A stretch of DNA of 64,000 nt from Octopus vulgaris. Taxonomy: Eukaryota. The notes under the pieces are model-generated. The model was not told the origin of the DNA. It worked only from the letters and a program-made list of their open reading frames with translations, and searched no databases. Of this stretch, positions 44,378-57,206 are shown piece after piece. Every line of letters starts with the position of its first letter. Within the stretch, counting starts at the first letter, position 1. Location: the NCBI GenBank assembly GCA_951406725.2, contig OX597820.1:63984001-64048000 (forward strand). Reading direction: 5' to 3'. The position numbers and the translations under genes were made by a program.

Positions 44378-47300
44378 ATGCCGGATTCTAGGTCCTACCT
44401 CCTCACCCTCCATCACCGTTTGAAGGATCATCTCCGTTCTCTTCCTGTATATTGCCTTCAGCCGTCCGTTAATCTCTCTCTACTTCTTTTTAAAAAAACC
44501 CGCTTCTCTAGCCATGTCTCTTTCCTAAGCCGCTGCCTACATCACCGACTCATCCCTAAAGGTTTCCGCCTCCACTTCCACCCTGCTCTCCACTCGGATT
44601 CTTCCATCTTACCCATACTCCGCACCACATCTTACCGCCTTATGCGGGCCACCATTCGCTCCAATCTCTCCAAACTACATGCCATCAACCGCCTTCTTCC
44701 TCCTGCTTTCTCCACCTTCTTCTCCTCTCTGCCGCCTCTCTATGCTCCAAACACGCTACGCTTCATTATCCATTTGAATCAACTCTTCCATCAATTTCTT
44801 TCTGATACCAAACTTCGTAAACTCCAATCACTCTTCCATTCCACCCTACCCGACGCCACTACCCCAACTCCTCCACCACCCTTCTCCCCTCCCGATAGGC
44901 TCCATCCACCCACACCTAACCCCACTGCCCCTCCCTACAACCCCTTCTCCCCTCCCGATAGGCTCCATCCACCTACACCTAACCCTACTGCCCCGCCCAA
45001 CCACCCCCCACACACCTCCCCAATCCCTCCCCCTCAGACCTCCACGAGACCTACCACCCCTCCTACTTCTATTCCACCCACCCCTTCTCCACTTCCGTCT
45101 GTTGTTACCATTCCCCCCGATCTTCCCCTCTCTGCGGCTGAACGCTCCGTCCTTGGTAGGGGTCTGCGTTTCATCCCCCTCACTCCATCCTGTAAGGAAT
45201 TCCAGACGCGAGTTGATGTCCACAGCTTTGTGCGCCGTGTCCGGTTGGGTGCGCATTACCACGACTCGCCACCCACACCCAACGAAGAGGACTGCTTCAC
45301 TGGCCTGGGCTGCCGACCATCCCCGTGGACGCCTGCCCCTGGCCAGATCCTAGCTGTGGATCTTTTCGCGGGCGCTTGTCAGCGTGCATTGGAGCGGTTC
45401 AACTTCTCCAGGCGCCAACGCCGCCTCAACATCTCCCCGGCTGAACTCTTGGCTCTCCGTTCCCTCCAACGGCGCGCTGACATTATCATCAAACCGGCTG
45501 ACAAGGGTGGAGCTGTAGTGGTGTGGTGCGCGGACCTCTATAGGGCCGAGGCTTTCCGCCAACTAAATGACACCTCATTCTATTCCCCTCTGCCCTCTAA
45601 CCCCACACGTAGCTACCAACAGACGGTATCCTCTACTGTCCACGACCTCATCTCGTCCTCCCGTCTCCCCCGCACCGCATCCAACCTAATTGTGCGAACC
45701 CCACGTACCCCCACCATTTACTTCCTCCCCAAAATCCACAAACCCAACAACCCTGGTCGCCCCATCGTCTCCGCCTGTAACTGCCCCACGGAGCTCATCT
45801 CTAAATACCTCGACCGTGTCCTTGCCCCCTAGTGGCATCTCTTCCCTCCCACATCCACGATACCAACCATGCTCTCCGGCTTTCAACTCTTTCTCCTTTC
45901 CTCCCGGCTCCTCCAAAATCCTTTTTACTATGGACATCCAAAGCCTCTATACTGTTATCCCTCACCACGAAGGACTGCAGGCCCTTCGACACTTTATTGA
46001 CCTCCGCTCTAACCCTGTACCTGACACCTCCACACTCATTCGTCTGGCCGAACTTGTCCTTACTCTGAACTGCTTCTCGTTCGCGGGCGAGTTCTACCAT
46101 CAGATCTCGGGAGTGGCCAGGGGAACGCGAATGGGCCCCAACTATGCGAACCTGTTCGTTGGCTATGTTGAGGCCCAAATATTCTCTAATTTCACTGGTC
46201 CCACTCCTGAACTATATGGTCGTTACATCGACGACATTATCGGTGCCACCTCACTCTCCCGCGAACATCTAGATTCCTTCCTCTCTTTCGTCCAATCTTT
46301 CCATCCAGCCCTCCACTTCACTTCCACTATCTCCAACACCTCTGTCTCCTTCCTCGACATTTCGGTTAGCATTCTTCACTCCACACTTACCACCTCCATT
46401 CACTACAAACACACAGACTCACACTCATACCTCAACTTCTCTTCCTCCCACCCAGAACACACCAAGCTTTCCATCCCCTATTCCCAATTCCTCCGTCTAC
46501 GTAGGCTCTGTAGTGACGACCATGACTTTGAGACTCAGTCTCAACGTATGGCTCACCACTTCACCCTACGTGGATACCCCCTCACCACTATCCACACAGC
46601 CCTTGCCAGAGCACGGTCCGTGGACCGTGTATCTGCTCTCTCTCCCCGAACCCGCCCTGTAGTCTCCCGCCTCCCTTTTCCCCTCACTTACCACCCCACG
46701 ACCCTACGTCTCCAACGCACCATTCTTCGAGCTTTCCGTCATCTCCAGTCCGACCCGTCCACTTCACACCTCTTCCCTAACCGACCCCTCCCCTCTTTCA
46801 AACGAGCCCACAACCTTCGAGACCTTTTGGTCCATAGCTCCTTCCCTGACCCTACCTCCCAACCCGGCTCGTTCCCCTGCTCCCGCCCACGTTGCCGCAC
46901 TTGCCCTTACCTCTCCAACACCACCCGCCTCACTAGCACCCACCATCGACCCTATCCCATCATCCACTCCTTCACCTGCACCTCCAGCAATATTGCATCA
47001 CTTGTTCTCTCTGCAATTCCTTGTACATCGGACAAACGGGCCGCCGCTTGGCTGACCGGTTCGCGGAACACCTTCGTGACATCCACCTTGCGAACGACAC
47101 ACCGGTCTCACGTCATTTCCGCTCCACCGGTCACTCCTTGCAACATCTATCTGTGTTCGGTTTGTCCTTACACAGAGGCCATCCGGATTCCCGTTTGTGC
47201 CGTGAACAGGAATTAATCTTCTCTCTTCGCTCTTATACGCCATTTGGTCTCAACTCTCCCCCTCCTCATCTAACCCCCCTCCCCCTCCTCACCTATCCTT

Positions 47301-47578
47301 TCCCCCCGACCCCTACTTCTTCAGTCCTTCATCCTTTCACCCCTACTCCCCTTCCCTTCTTCCCTCTTTCTCCCTCCTTCCCTGTTCCCCTTCCCTCTGC
47401 TCCCTCACTCCCTCTCTCCCCCTCTCCCCCTTTCCTCCCCCCCTCCTCCCCTTCCTTCTCACCCTCCTCTCTCTCCCCCATCCTCTCCTATTCCCCCTCT
47501 CCCCCTCTCCCCCCCCTTCTCCCCCTCCCCTCTTCTCCTCACTACACCACACGACTTCACACATCACATCATATATGA
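44378..47578 (+). pseudogene. PLE polyprotein (N-terminal domain, RT, Zn-linker, GIY-YIG endonuclease) broken by 3 frameshifts
   Basis: IIIKPADKGGAVVV, YFLPKIHKPNNPGRPIVS, FTMDIQSLYTVIP, GVARGTRMGPNYANLF, RYIDD, SFLDI, CSRPRCRTC, YIGQTGRRLADRFAEH, REQELI...PFGLN; ORFs 44378-45832, 45832-45895, 45890-46990, ~46995-47578. Confidence 0.92.
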
Positions 47579-48227
47579 TGTGCCATACTAATACATACAC
47601 CAACTAATACATACTAATACGTACTAATACATACTAATACATACTAATACATACACCAACCCTATACATACACACGTCCAGACCCCTCATACGCACTTAT
47701 ACTCTCTCATACACACACACACACACACACACTTATACATACTAATACGTACTAATACATACTAATACATACTAATACATACACCAATCCCATACATACG
47801 CACGTCCACACCAATCCTACGCACTAATACTATCTCATACACACACACACACACCCTTATACATACTAATACATACACCATCCCTATACACACACACGTC
47901 CAGACCCCTCCTACGCACTATTAGCTGGTCCTTCAACCATATTATCAACCCCATTATCTCCCCTTATTTCGCTCTCGCGTCTCATGTTTGATCTTTGACC
48001 TCTGGCCGAAATCAGATCGCCATGTTGATTCGTTAGCTACTGCACGCATTTTTTTTCTCTCCTTCTTTCTGTGTTTTTTTTCTCTCTGTGTATCTTTCTG
48101 TTGAAGAGCGTAGGCTCGAAACGTTAAAGACTTGTTTTATTTACATTTCCTGAGCGCCATACTAATACAATTGTTCGTTTGTTTTCCACCTGCCTTCGTC
48201 TTTTGTCTATTTTCATAAAGCTTCCCG

Positions 48228-48234
<7 letters not shown>
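47533..48234 (+). repeat. 3' pseudo-LTR
   Basis: Direct repeat of 43056-43764. Confidence 0.93.
48093..48130 (+). ncRNA. Minimal type I hammerhead ribozyme, A6U core variant (second copy)
   Basis: Identical to 43622-43659. Confidence 0.75.
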
Positions 48235-48301
<67 letters not shown>

Positions 48302-48314
48302 ATAGATAAATAGC

Positions 48315-48397
<83 letters not shown>

Positions 48398-48562
48398 GTA
48401 TACATATAAATTTGTTCAAATGTGCTTGATGTATTATCGAATCCGAAAGAAAAGCATTCTCCTACAGGAGTGGTGATGTGAAACACCCAGACTGAGGAAA
48501 TCAGAAAGACCATGGTGCTACTCCAGCATGACCACGGCAGCATGGCTGAAATGCGTAAAAGA

Positions 48563-48638
<76 letters not shown>

Positions 48639-49271
48639 TATATATGTATGTATGTAAAATGCAAGTAAGAATAAACTGAAGTTGTATATAGAATGTTGTA
48701 GTGATCAAAGGAATCGGATTGGAAACAGATTTGTCACAAAAAACGGCATAATAAATAAATTGCTTAATTAAGCGTGAAACTATGTAGTAGAATCTAAGAA
48801 GGATTATAATGCCAAATATGTTGAGATAAATGATTCAGTGATTGCTCTTCTTATTTATTTTGTATTATGAATGACGCACCGCACAATGAGTATATATAGG
48901 TAACCTCTAGTTCTTACTGTCTCGAGTCTTAGTACTGATGCGCCGTTGCTTGGGTTCCACAATGTATAATTAACGCAGAGCTCAACACGCCTCTTGAACA
49001 AAAATACATTACTGATCTTTATAGATGAGTGAACCGCACCATCGTGAAATGAAGTGTTTTTGACCAAGAAGACAACGCACCGTCCGATCTTGTATCTGCG
49101 ATTGAAAATCCCTAATCAGTAGTGCAAGCACCTTCACCAATGCACGTGTACAATACCGGAAAGGCTTATTACGTTCGCATGTTGCAAATATAGATAATTC
49201 GTATAATGAAAATTGTAAAAAGCTTTCAGGGAAACACAACCGCAAAAACGTATATGTAGTGAAAGTATATA

Positions 49272-49833
49272 TTGGGCTGTCCGGAAAGTTTATGCCGATT
49301 TACAGTAGATTAACATTCGACTTATTTTACAACATGTTTGAGTCCATAAAATAGGATTTGACTACACCTCCATTTAGAGCACAGTTTAAGCTATCTTTTC
49401 CCGGACGAAGATCTATGTTCCTATTATCTGTGCTTATTCTGTAACCCTTTGAAATGGAAGATAAGAAATTTCATTTTCGGCTCTTGAGGCTTTTCTTCTT
49501 CCGTAAAGGGAAAAATGCCTTACAAGCAACCAAAAAAATATGCGCAGTTTACGGTGAAGTTTCTTTAACCGAAAGAACTGTTCGGTAGTGGTTCGCAAGA
49601 TACCGAGCTGGATATTGTAGCCTTATTAATAAAGATCGATGAGGCAGACCATCCACTACAGATGATGACCAAATTGAGAATAAACCAAATTACACAACCC
49701 GAGATTTGGCAGAAACCCTCAACCTCTCAAAATCCGTTGTTCATGAGCACCTGGTAAAGCTTGGGTAAGGGCTAGTATTTATTGACCTTTTTCTTTCCTT
49801 TAAAAATTCGCACGAACTTTCCGGACAACCCAA
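49272..49833 (+). mobile_element. Non-autonomous internally deleted mariner
   Basis: TIRs ttgggctgtccggaaagtttatgccg / cgcacgaactttccggacaacccaa, TA TSD; ATG 49454 MEDKKFHFR...KKICAVYGEVSLTERTVR*WF N-terminal HTH only; same family as 13424-13771. Confidence 0.9.
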
Positions 49834-50105
49834 TAGAATTTCTATATTGCGATGCAAGAAAGCTTCGCCGTAACGGCGCTAAGTGTAGAACATTTCATAA
49901 TGATATTTTATGCGTATATGAGTGAAAGTGGCATTGTTTTATTTAAAACAATGCTTTACGTTTTGTAGATGACCATTCATCCGAACCAAGCCTGATGATA
50001 TATGTTGTATTGTCTATAGTATATATTTATGTACTGTATCGCAATGCATTTTTAGTACCAGATTAAGTTTAATCATTTGGTATGGCTACATCAAAGATCT
50101 GACAG

Positions 50106-50151
<46 letters not shown>

Positions 50152-50364
50152 ATTAATATTGCGCTATGACAAACTGGCTGAATCGTTAGCACGCCGACTA
50201 GAATACATTACCTAACAACTAGGCTTCCGCACCTTCATTAAAATATGTTTTAAATAAGTAAGTAAATATATAAATACATACACACACACATACACACACA
50301 CACACACACACACATACTATGTTTGTTTGTGTGTGTGTGCATATATATATATTCTTGTATTCCT

Positions 50365-50635
50365 TATTTCTTTTAGTAATTTGACTACGGCCGTGCAGGA
50401 GCACTACTTCAAATGGTATTAGTTGAGGATATCGACCCTAGGACTTATTCTCTTTAGGCCTAGTTGTTATGATATCGGTCTTTTTGCCGAACAGCTAAGT
50501 TACCATGACAAAAATACAGCAGCAACAGTTGTCAAACGAAAGTGGGGAACAACCACAAACACACTCACATAAGTGCATGGATGCACATATATATATATGT
50601 GTGTGTGTGTTTGCGTGAGCGCACATGCGTGTATG

Positions 50636-50681
<46 letters not shown>

Positions 50682-50770
50682 TACTTGTTGAACATGCCAC
50701 GCAGTTGGACTGAACCCGAAAACATGTGCTTGGTAGGCAAGATTCTTACCATACATCTACACCTGCGTCT
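50365..50770 (-). mobile_element. CORE-type SINE, diverged
   Basis: rc tail, body (ggtctttttgccgaacagctaagttac) and tRNA head (ggactgaacccga...cctgcgtc). Confidence 0.7.
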
Positions 50771-50825
50771 GTACACACACACACACAAACAGTTACACAC
50801 ACATATAAAGAATAAAAGTATGAAT

Positions 50826-51035
50826 GACCATGAGATTGCACCAAGAAAGTTTCCCTCTGAGGCACAAGTCCAGGCAACGTCGTATATGGAAGATCCGTAA
50901 TCGTCCCTGCATACCAGCGATCCACTCCTCTCCACGCCACCGTTGTTATTCAAAGGAAAGGCAAAAGCCTATACAGCTTGGCACTGGTGAAGTCCCAACT
51001 CTGCAGCTGAGTAAGTGGAACAACATGAAATACAG
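50826..51035 (-). mobile_element. SINE of the family nested at 28445
   Basis: Colinear similarity to 28465-28680. Confidence 0.7.
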
Positions 51036-51429
51036 TTTCAACCCGGTCCAGGATTCATTCTCACAATCTCATGGTTATATATATATTTTAAGATCTACAA
51101 AGATGAAAACCTAACTGCTGTTCTTGGTGGTCCAAAGCGAGATATGCAATTTATGTGGGTATCTTTTCAAAGCATTGTGTAGTTTAAAAAGACACAGGTA
51201 ATGCCATGATAGATTTACGGTGTCAGTACAAGAGGTGGTCAGACTCTGTATAAGAAGTATGCAACCACCATTAATATATATGCATACATATGTATCCCAT
51301 ATAATTTGGGTGATTGAGTCCTTATATTTACAAGCTTCTTTATTATTATTATTAGCTACATCATACGTCAAGGTTATTTCTTGAGCTGAATATAGATATG
51401 GAACTCCGTTAATTTTATGTAATGACATG

Positions 51430-51719
51430 AAAACGAATTCTTAGTCACTAAGAGAATCAAGCATAAATGTTATCCCTATTGTCATTGGAGCATTGGGTTC
51501 AATAGTACCCAATCTGAAAAAAAAAACATCTGAAAACTTTAGAAATACTTTACAATCTACGTGTATTGCAAAAGTCGGCATTTCATCGAACTGCATGCAT
51601 ATTGCGTAAGGTAATGTCTGTAAGAGGTCCTTGTTGTGACTTGACAAACAGTACAAAGGCCCCGGTAGACACAATATCTTCAATCAACAACCTCACGATA
51701 TTGCATACTGTGTGACGTC

Positions 51720-51720
<1 letters not shown>
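51430..51720 (+). mobile_element. Old 3' fragment of R4/Dong-type LINE followed by (TAA)n
   Basis: VIPIVIGALGS...LQKSA...TA.ILRKV* resembles the RLE C-terminus at 17060-17215; (TAA)n begins at 51721. Confidence 0.65.
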
Positions 51721-51796
<76 letters not shown>

Positions 51797-52165
51797 TGAT
51801 GATGGTGATGATGATAATGATGATTTCATTTTATTTGCCACAAGGGCGAAGGATGCGGGGGGGGGCAATGCAAAGACAGACATAAAGTGCGTGGGGATTA
51901 CATATAATGAAATGATAAAAAGAAAGAAGGAATCGAAGAAAGAAAGAAAGAAAGAAGAAAACAAAGAAAGTTCCCACTACTATTCTTTGTCTCTGACTCA
52001 CAGTTCTACACTTAGAGATTTACCATCCACTCTTGCTATTTTCGCAACTGTTACCCCCCAACATTCAAAAAACCCACTCGAGGACACCACTTCCCTCTCC
52101 AGTCTCAATTTTCTATTCAAGTGAAACTTGAATAAGTTAATGATAGCTCTATCAAATAGGAATGT

Positions 52166-52288
52166 ATCTCTCCAGGGATACAGGCATCCAGCAACAGGAC
52201 CTCCGTAATGCTATGATGGACCGTGAAGTCTGGCGTAACATAGTAAATTCCATTGTCTCGACCACGGTCGAACAATGATGATGATGAT
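52166..52288 (+). mobile_element. 3' end of RTE-type LINE with (GAT)n tail
   Basis: ISRDTGIQQQDLRNAMMDREVWRNIV...* (A.DR..WR motif typical of RTE C-termini), then tgatgatgatgat. Confidence 0.65.
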
Positions 52289-52429
52289 CTCTCTTCATGG
52301 CTTTCAATCTTGTCCACCAAACAAAGTCTTTCCACATGGCCACCAGGCAAAGGAAAACTGCCTTCCTGGCGATTGAAGGAGGGTGGCGGAGCGATCATCC
52401 ATCACTACAGACTTGGCCTAACAATAATA

Positions 52430-52635
52430 ACAATTGTTTCAAATTTTGGTACAAGGTCAGAAATTTTAGATGAAGGCGCTAGTCGATTACATCGAGCCGA
52501 GTGTTCGACTGATAAATTATTTATCGAGCTCTGAATGGATGAAAAACATAGTCGACCTCGGCCGGATTTCGAACTCAGAACGTGCAGAGAGACGAAATGC
52601 CGCAAAGCAGGCTAACGATTCTGCGAGTTCGTCAT
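52430..52635 (-). mobile_element. Diverged Nin/Deu-like SINE
   Basis: tagtcgattacatcga...ggatgaaa...gtcgacctcggc...gaactcagaacg...ctaacgattctg. Confidence 0.7.
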
Positions 52636-52669
52636 TACGCAATACTACTACAACTACTACTACTACTAT

Positions 52670-52714
<45 letters not shown>

Positions 52715-52750
52715 CACTACTACTACTGCTGCCGCTGCTGCTGCTGCTGG

Positions 52751-52794
<44 letters not shown>

Positions 52795-52823
52795 ATAATA
52801 ATAATAATAACAATAATGATAAC

Positions 52824-52876
<53 letters not shown>

Positions 52877-53227
52877 CAACAATATATGCATTAATATATT
52901 AATTAATCATTATATTACGACCAAAATAGAAAGAGTACGAATTCTTTAATTACACAGCTTCCTACAGATGAATTTCGGGCTAGGATAGCGCTATTCAAAG
53001 TATAATATAATAACCAGCTGCAAAACATATTTCTAGAATGGTTTTGTAGACGTAATTCCTGCGGTTACAATGAAAACTAACAATCTCAAGTATAATCTCT
53101 TTAAAAACTTTATACAATCTTTCTTCTTTCACTTATTATTTTCACAGATTAATTCTCCCATTCATTGAACTAAAAATACACAGATTTAAATTTGCACAAG
53201 GGCTTCATAATGAGGCACTCCATCTAC

Positions 53228-53323
<96 letters not shown>

Positions 53324-53917
53324 GTATATATATATGTATGTATGTGTGTTTATAGATACATACACATATATACGTAATAGCTTTGTTTGTGCGTGTTTGT
53401 GAGCGTGTGTGTGTGTGTGTGTGTGTGAATCTAGCGCTATATGTCTTCCTTCGTAGTTGATAATTTTCCAACCCTTCCATTATATTAACATTTCCTTTAT
53501 TCTCTGTTTCTTTATGTTCTTCATCTTTTGGCTTTTAATTTCTGATTTTTTTTTTCTTCTTCTTTTCTCCCTGTTTCAGACCGAAACACATGAAAGACTT
53601 CCAGGAATATCAAAGCCAAATTATTGGAACAATGGCCGTTGTTACCTTTTATTCAGAAATCTCTCTGAAGACTTGGATAGTAAAATGTCTCTATCGAACA
53701 AGCCCTCACACAAACACACACACAAACGCACAATTGCACTCTTACATATAACACATACATACTCATACATTACCGTTTCTTTGTCTCTTTCGTTCTTATA
53801 CTCATACTTTCTACTTGTAATTTTTTTTTACTTTCTCTTTCCTTCTCGGTCTTACTTCTTTTTCTTATTTATATGTTTGATGGTATATTTGTTGTTGCTG
53901 GTGTGGTGGTGGTAGTG

Positions 53918-54092
53918 GTTCTTCTTCTTCTTCTTCTTCTTCTTCTTCTTCTTCTTCTTCTTCTTCTTCTTCTTCTTCTTCTTCTTCTTCTTCTTCTTCT
54001 TCTTCTTCTTCTTCTTCTTCTCCTTCTTCTTCTTCTCCTTAATCTTCTTCTTCTTCTTCTTACTATTATTATTATTATTATTGTTGTTGTTG

Positions 54093-54136
<44 letters not shown>

Positions 54137-54181
54137 GTTGTTGTTGTTCATCTTCCACTAGTACCACCGCCACCGCTGCTG

Positions 54182-54244
<63 letters not shown>

Positions 54245-54265
54245 ATACTACTAATAATAATAATA
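53918..54265. repeat. (TTC)n/(TTA)n/(CTA)n compound microsatellite
   Basis: Direct reading. Confidence 0.95.
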
Positions 54266-54506
54266 TAGATAAACTTTAGGAACTATGACGAAAGAGCAAA
54301 TCCGACATCATCATCATCATCATAATCATCATCATAATCATCATCATCAAAATTATGCACTGAGTTCGATTCGTTCGTCTAAAAATTCCTCAAGGCCGTG
54401 CATTAGTATGGCAATTGACTCATGACAGAAGCAAATGATTAAAGACCATCATCATCGAAAATCACCTTATATCATTACTAATAATTTTATAGTTATATAT
54501 CCCACC

Positions 54507-54541
<35 letters not shown>

Positions 54542-54544
54542 TTC

Positions 54545-55625
54545 TCCTATTTACTTATTGCAGTCATTTGTCAGCCGCCCTGCTGGTGCACCAGCCTAAA
54601 GGGTTTTTATCGAACAATTCGACCCCAGGACATATTTTAAAGCCTAATACTTGTTCTATCGGTCACTTTGCTGAACCACTAAGGCAGAGGGACATAAATA
54701 CACCAATAGCAGTTGTCACGCGATGATGGGATGGGGGGACAAGCACACACACAAAGACCCACACATAGATATAGACATATATATGTATATATATAAAGGA
54801 TACTAGAGGAAATCGGGTACATAAATGGTATGTATCAGGTTGATTTACCCCTATAAGCACCACCCTTTGTCTTATCAGTTTACCGGGTACTGACGTAATC
54901 TAATGAGATATTCTGGTGGGGTACACAGAAAAAATCTGTAACTACGTGTATTCAACTCTTAGTAGCTCGTCCAAATCACGCGTTGTGTTGAGCACACAAT
55001 GTTTGGTACACTCTAGGAAGTCCGACAGGTTGAAAATCCCCTTGGTACAAGCAAAGAAAAAGTAACAGACGATGGATAAATATCCGTTCATTACAGCTGT
55101 TTCGAACGCATTTCTTTATTTGATGAGTGAGTACGTTATTTCAAAATAAAAACAAAAATTATCAGGTGACCCATATAATTTTAAATCAATAGAATAACCC
55201 ATGCTCACAGTGGAAACTCGACTATTCGCCAACGAAGATGGCTTTCACTGAATTCCAGCTTCAAGTTCACCTTCGGTTGGTGAATAACGAGCTCCCAAAT
55301 GCATGAATGGGTTGTCACTCTGTTGCTTTGAAATTATATGGATCATCTCATGGATACAGATCTTTTACTATGAAATAATGCATTCAGTCACAAATAAATA
55401 AAACGTGTTATTTTCCCTTTAATATATATATATATGTGTGTATGTGTGTGTGTGTGTGTGGGTGTGAGTGTGTGTATATAGCACAGTCATCCTACTGCTT
55501 CCGTCTACCAAATACACTCACAAGGCTATGGTCGGCCCGAGGCTAGTAGAAAACACTTGCCAAATGCACCACGTGGTGGGAATGAACCCAGAACGAGGTA
55601 GTGGAGGAGCAAGCTTCTTACCATG
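54545..55625 (-). mobile_element. CORE-type SINE pieces (3' half 54545-54765, head 55495-55625) separated by an unrelated ~700-bp island
   Basis: rc similarity to 28265-29110. Confidence 0.55.
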
Positions 55626-55715
55626 TATATATATATATATATATGTATGTGTATTAACTAGTTACATTATGGATATGTAGATATGTATATACATGCGTAC
55701 ATATATATGCATATG

Positions 55716-55779
<64 letters not shown>

Positions 55780-56039
55780 TGTGTTTGTGTGTGTTTGTCT
55801 CCTCTCTCCCTCTCTTTTTTTCCATATATATATAAAATAGTCATAGACGTTAAATACTGATGATGTGGTTAGCCATACCCTGCAGCATAATATATATATA
55901 TTCTTTTATTCCTTTACTTGTTTCAGTCATTTTGACTGTAACCAAGCTGTAGCAAGATAATCGAAGATATCGATCACTGGACTTATTCTTTGTAAGCCTG
56001 ATATTCGTTCTATCGTCTCTTTTACAGAATCTCTATATT

Positions 56040-56349
56040 GCCACTCCATCGGCGACGACAACAAGGGTTCCATTTGAATCCATCAACGGAACAGCCTGCT
56101 GGTCTATGTGACCGAGCACTCCATAGAAGCGTGTACCCTTGGTGTAGTTCTCAGGGAGAGTCAGTGTGACACACAGTATGACAAGTCTGGCCCTTTAAAT
56201 AGAGATACTACTCATGTTTGCCAGTTGAGTGCACTGGAGCAAGGTCAAATAACGTGTTTGCTCAGGGACCCAACGCGTCACCGGAAATTGAACTTACGAC
56301 TTCGCGATCGTGAGCCGAATACCGTAAATATTTACCCACGTGCCTTCAC
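56040..56349 (-). mobile_element. tRNA-derived SINE, another family
   Basis: rc head gtgaaggcacgtgg...aagttcaatttcc, then gtccctgagcaaacac...gctccagtgcactcaactg. Confidence 0.65.
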
Positions 56350-56896
56350 ACACATATATGTATATAAAGAGTTCGCGTTATAATCTATGCATTTAATTAA
56401 ACATGAGAATCACGTTTCCTATAATACTCAAGTATTATATGAATTATATTTCATATAATTATCGTATAATTCAAAAGTGTGTGTGGTGTGTGTGTGTGTG
56501 TATGTGTGTTCGTGTGTGCGTATGTGTCCTCTGGGATGCATATATCTAAGTCTGCATATTTATGCGCGTTTGTAAATATATGCATGCATATAATTATGTA
56601 TGTCCGCATGTATGTATGCATATGTTCATATAATATATGCATGTTTCTGCATATGGAATTATATAAGTTTTAAGAATTTTATGTGTAATGCGTGCATATT
56701 AGAATTATGCTAAACCTGTTTTTTTCTGATATTCATCAAGTTTAAAACAATGCAAATTTGTAAATTTTGTCATATTTCATAATGCACTTGTACTCACATA
56801 TGTATAGGCTTGTATGCATCTCTTTTTCTCATTCTCTCTCATGCTCTATTTCTCTCAGTATATAGGTACATGTATATATGTATACATGTATGTGTG

Positions 56897-56948
<52 letters not shown>

Positions 56949-57206
56949 TATGTATATATATATACATATATATATATAAGAATTTATTACTACACAGCTT
57001 TATGTACCTATAAACATGCAGTATGATAATTAGTTAAATATTTGAAAACAACAATATTCCTTTTGAATGTTATTATTAATAAGCTATCTATATATACATA
57101 CCTTGTAATAGAGTTGATTGACAGAAACTGGCAGCAGACCGTCCTTCATATATATATATGTATATACATACATACATATATCTATATATATGATTGTATA
57201 AATATA

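Larger units (their letters stand above)
43014..48234 (+). mobile_element. Near full-length Penelope-like retroelement (Neptune-like) with direct pseudo-LTRs
   Basis: Direct repeats 43056-43764 and 47533-48234; RT, CX4CX2C linker and C-terminal GIY-YIG; hammerhead in each pLTR; (TA)n at both junctions. Confidence 0.93.

Noticed and set aside
45820-45900. Programmed frameshift or readthrough in the PLE ORF
   Set aside because: Single-base homopolymer losses explain both shifts, and PLEs normally have one ORF
43056-48234. LTR retrotransposon interpretation of the direct repeats
   Set aside because: No gag, protease or integrase, and no TG...CA ends or PBS; RT plus GIY-YIG identifies a PLE
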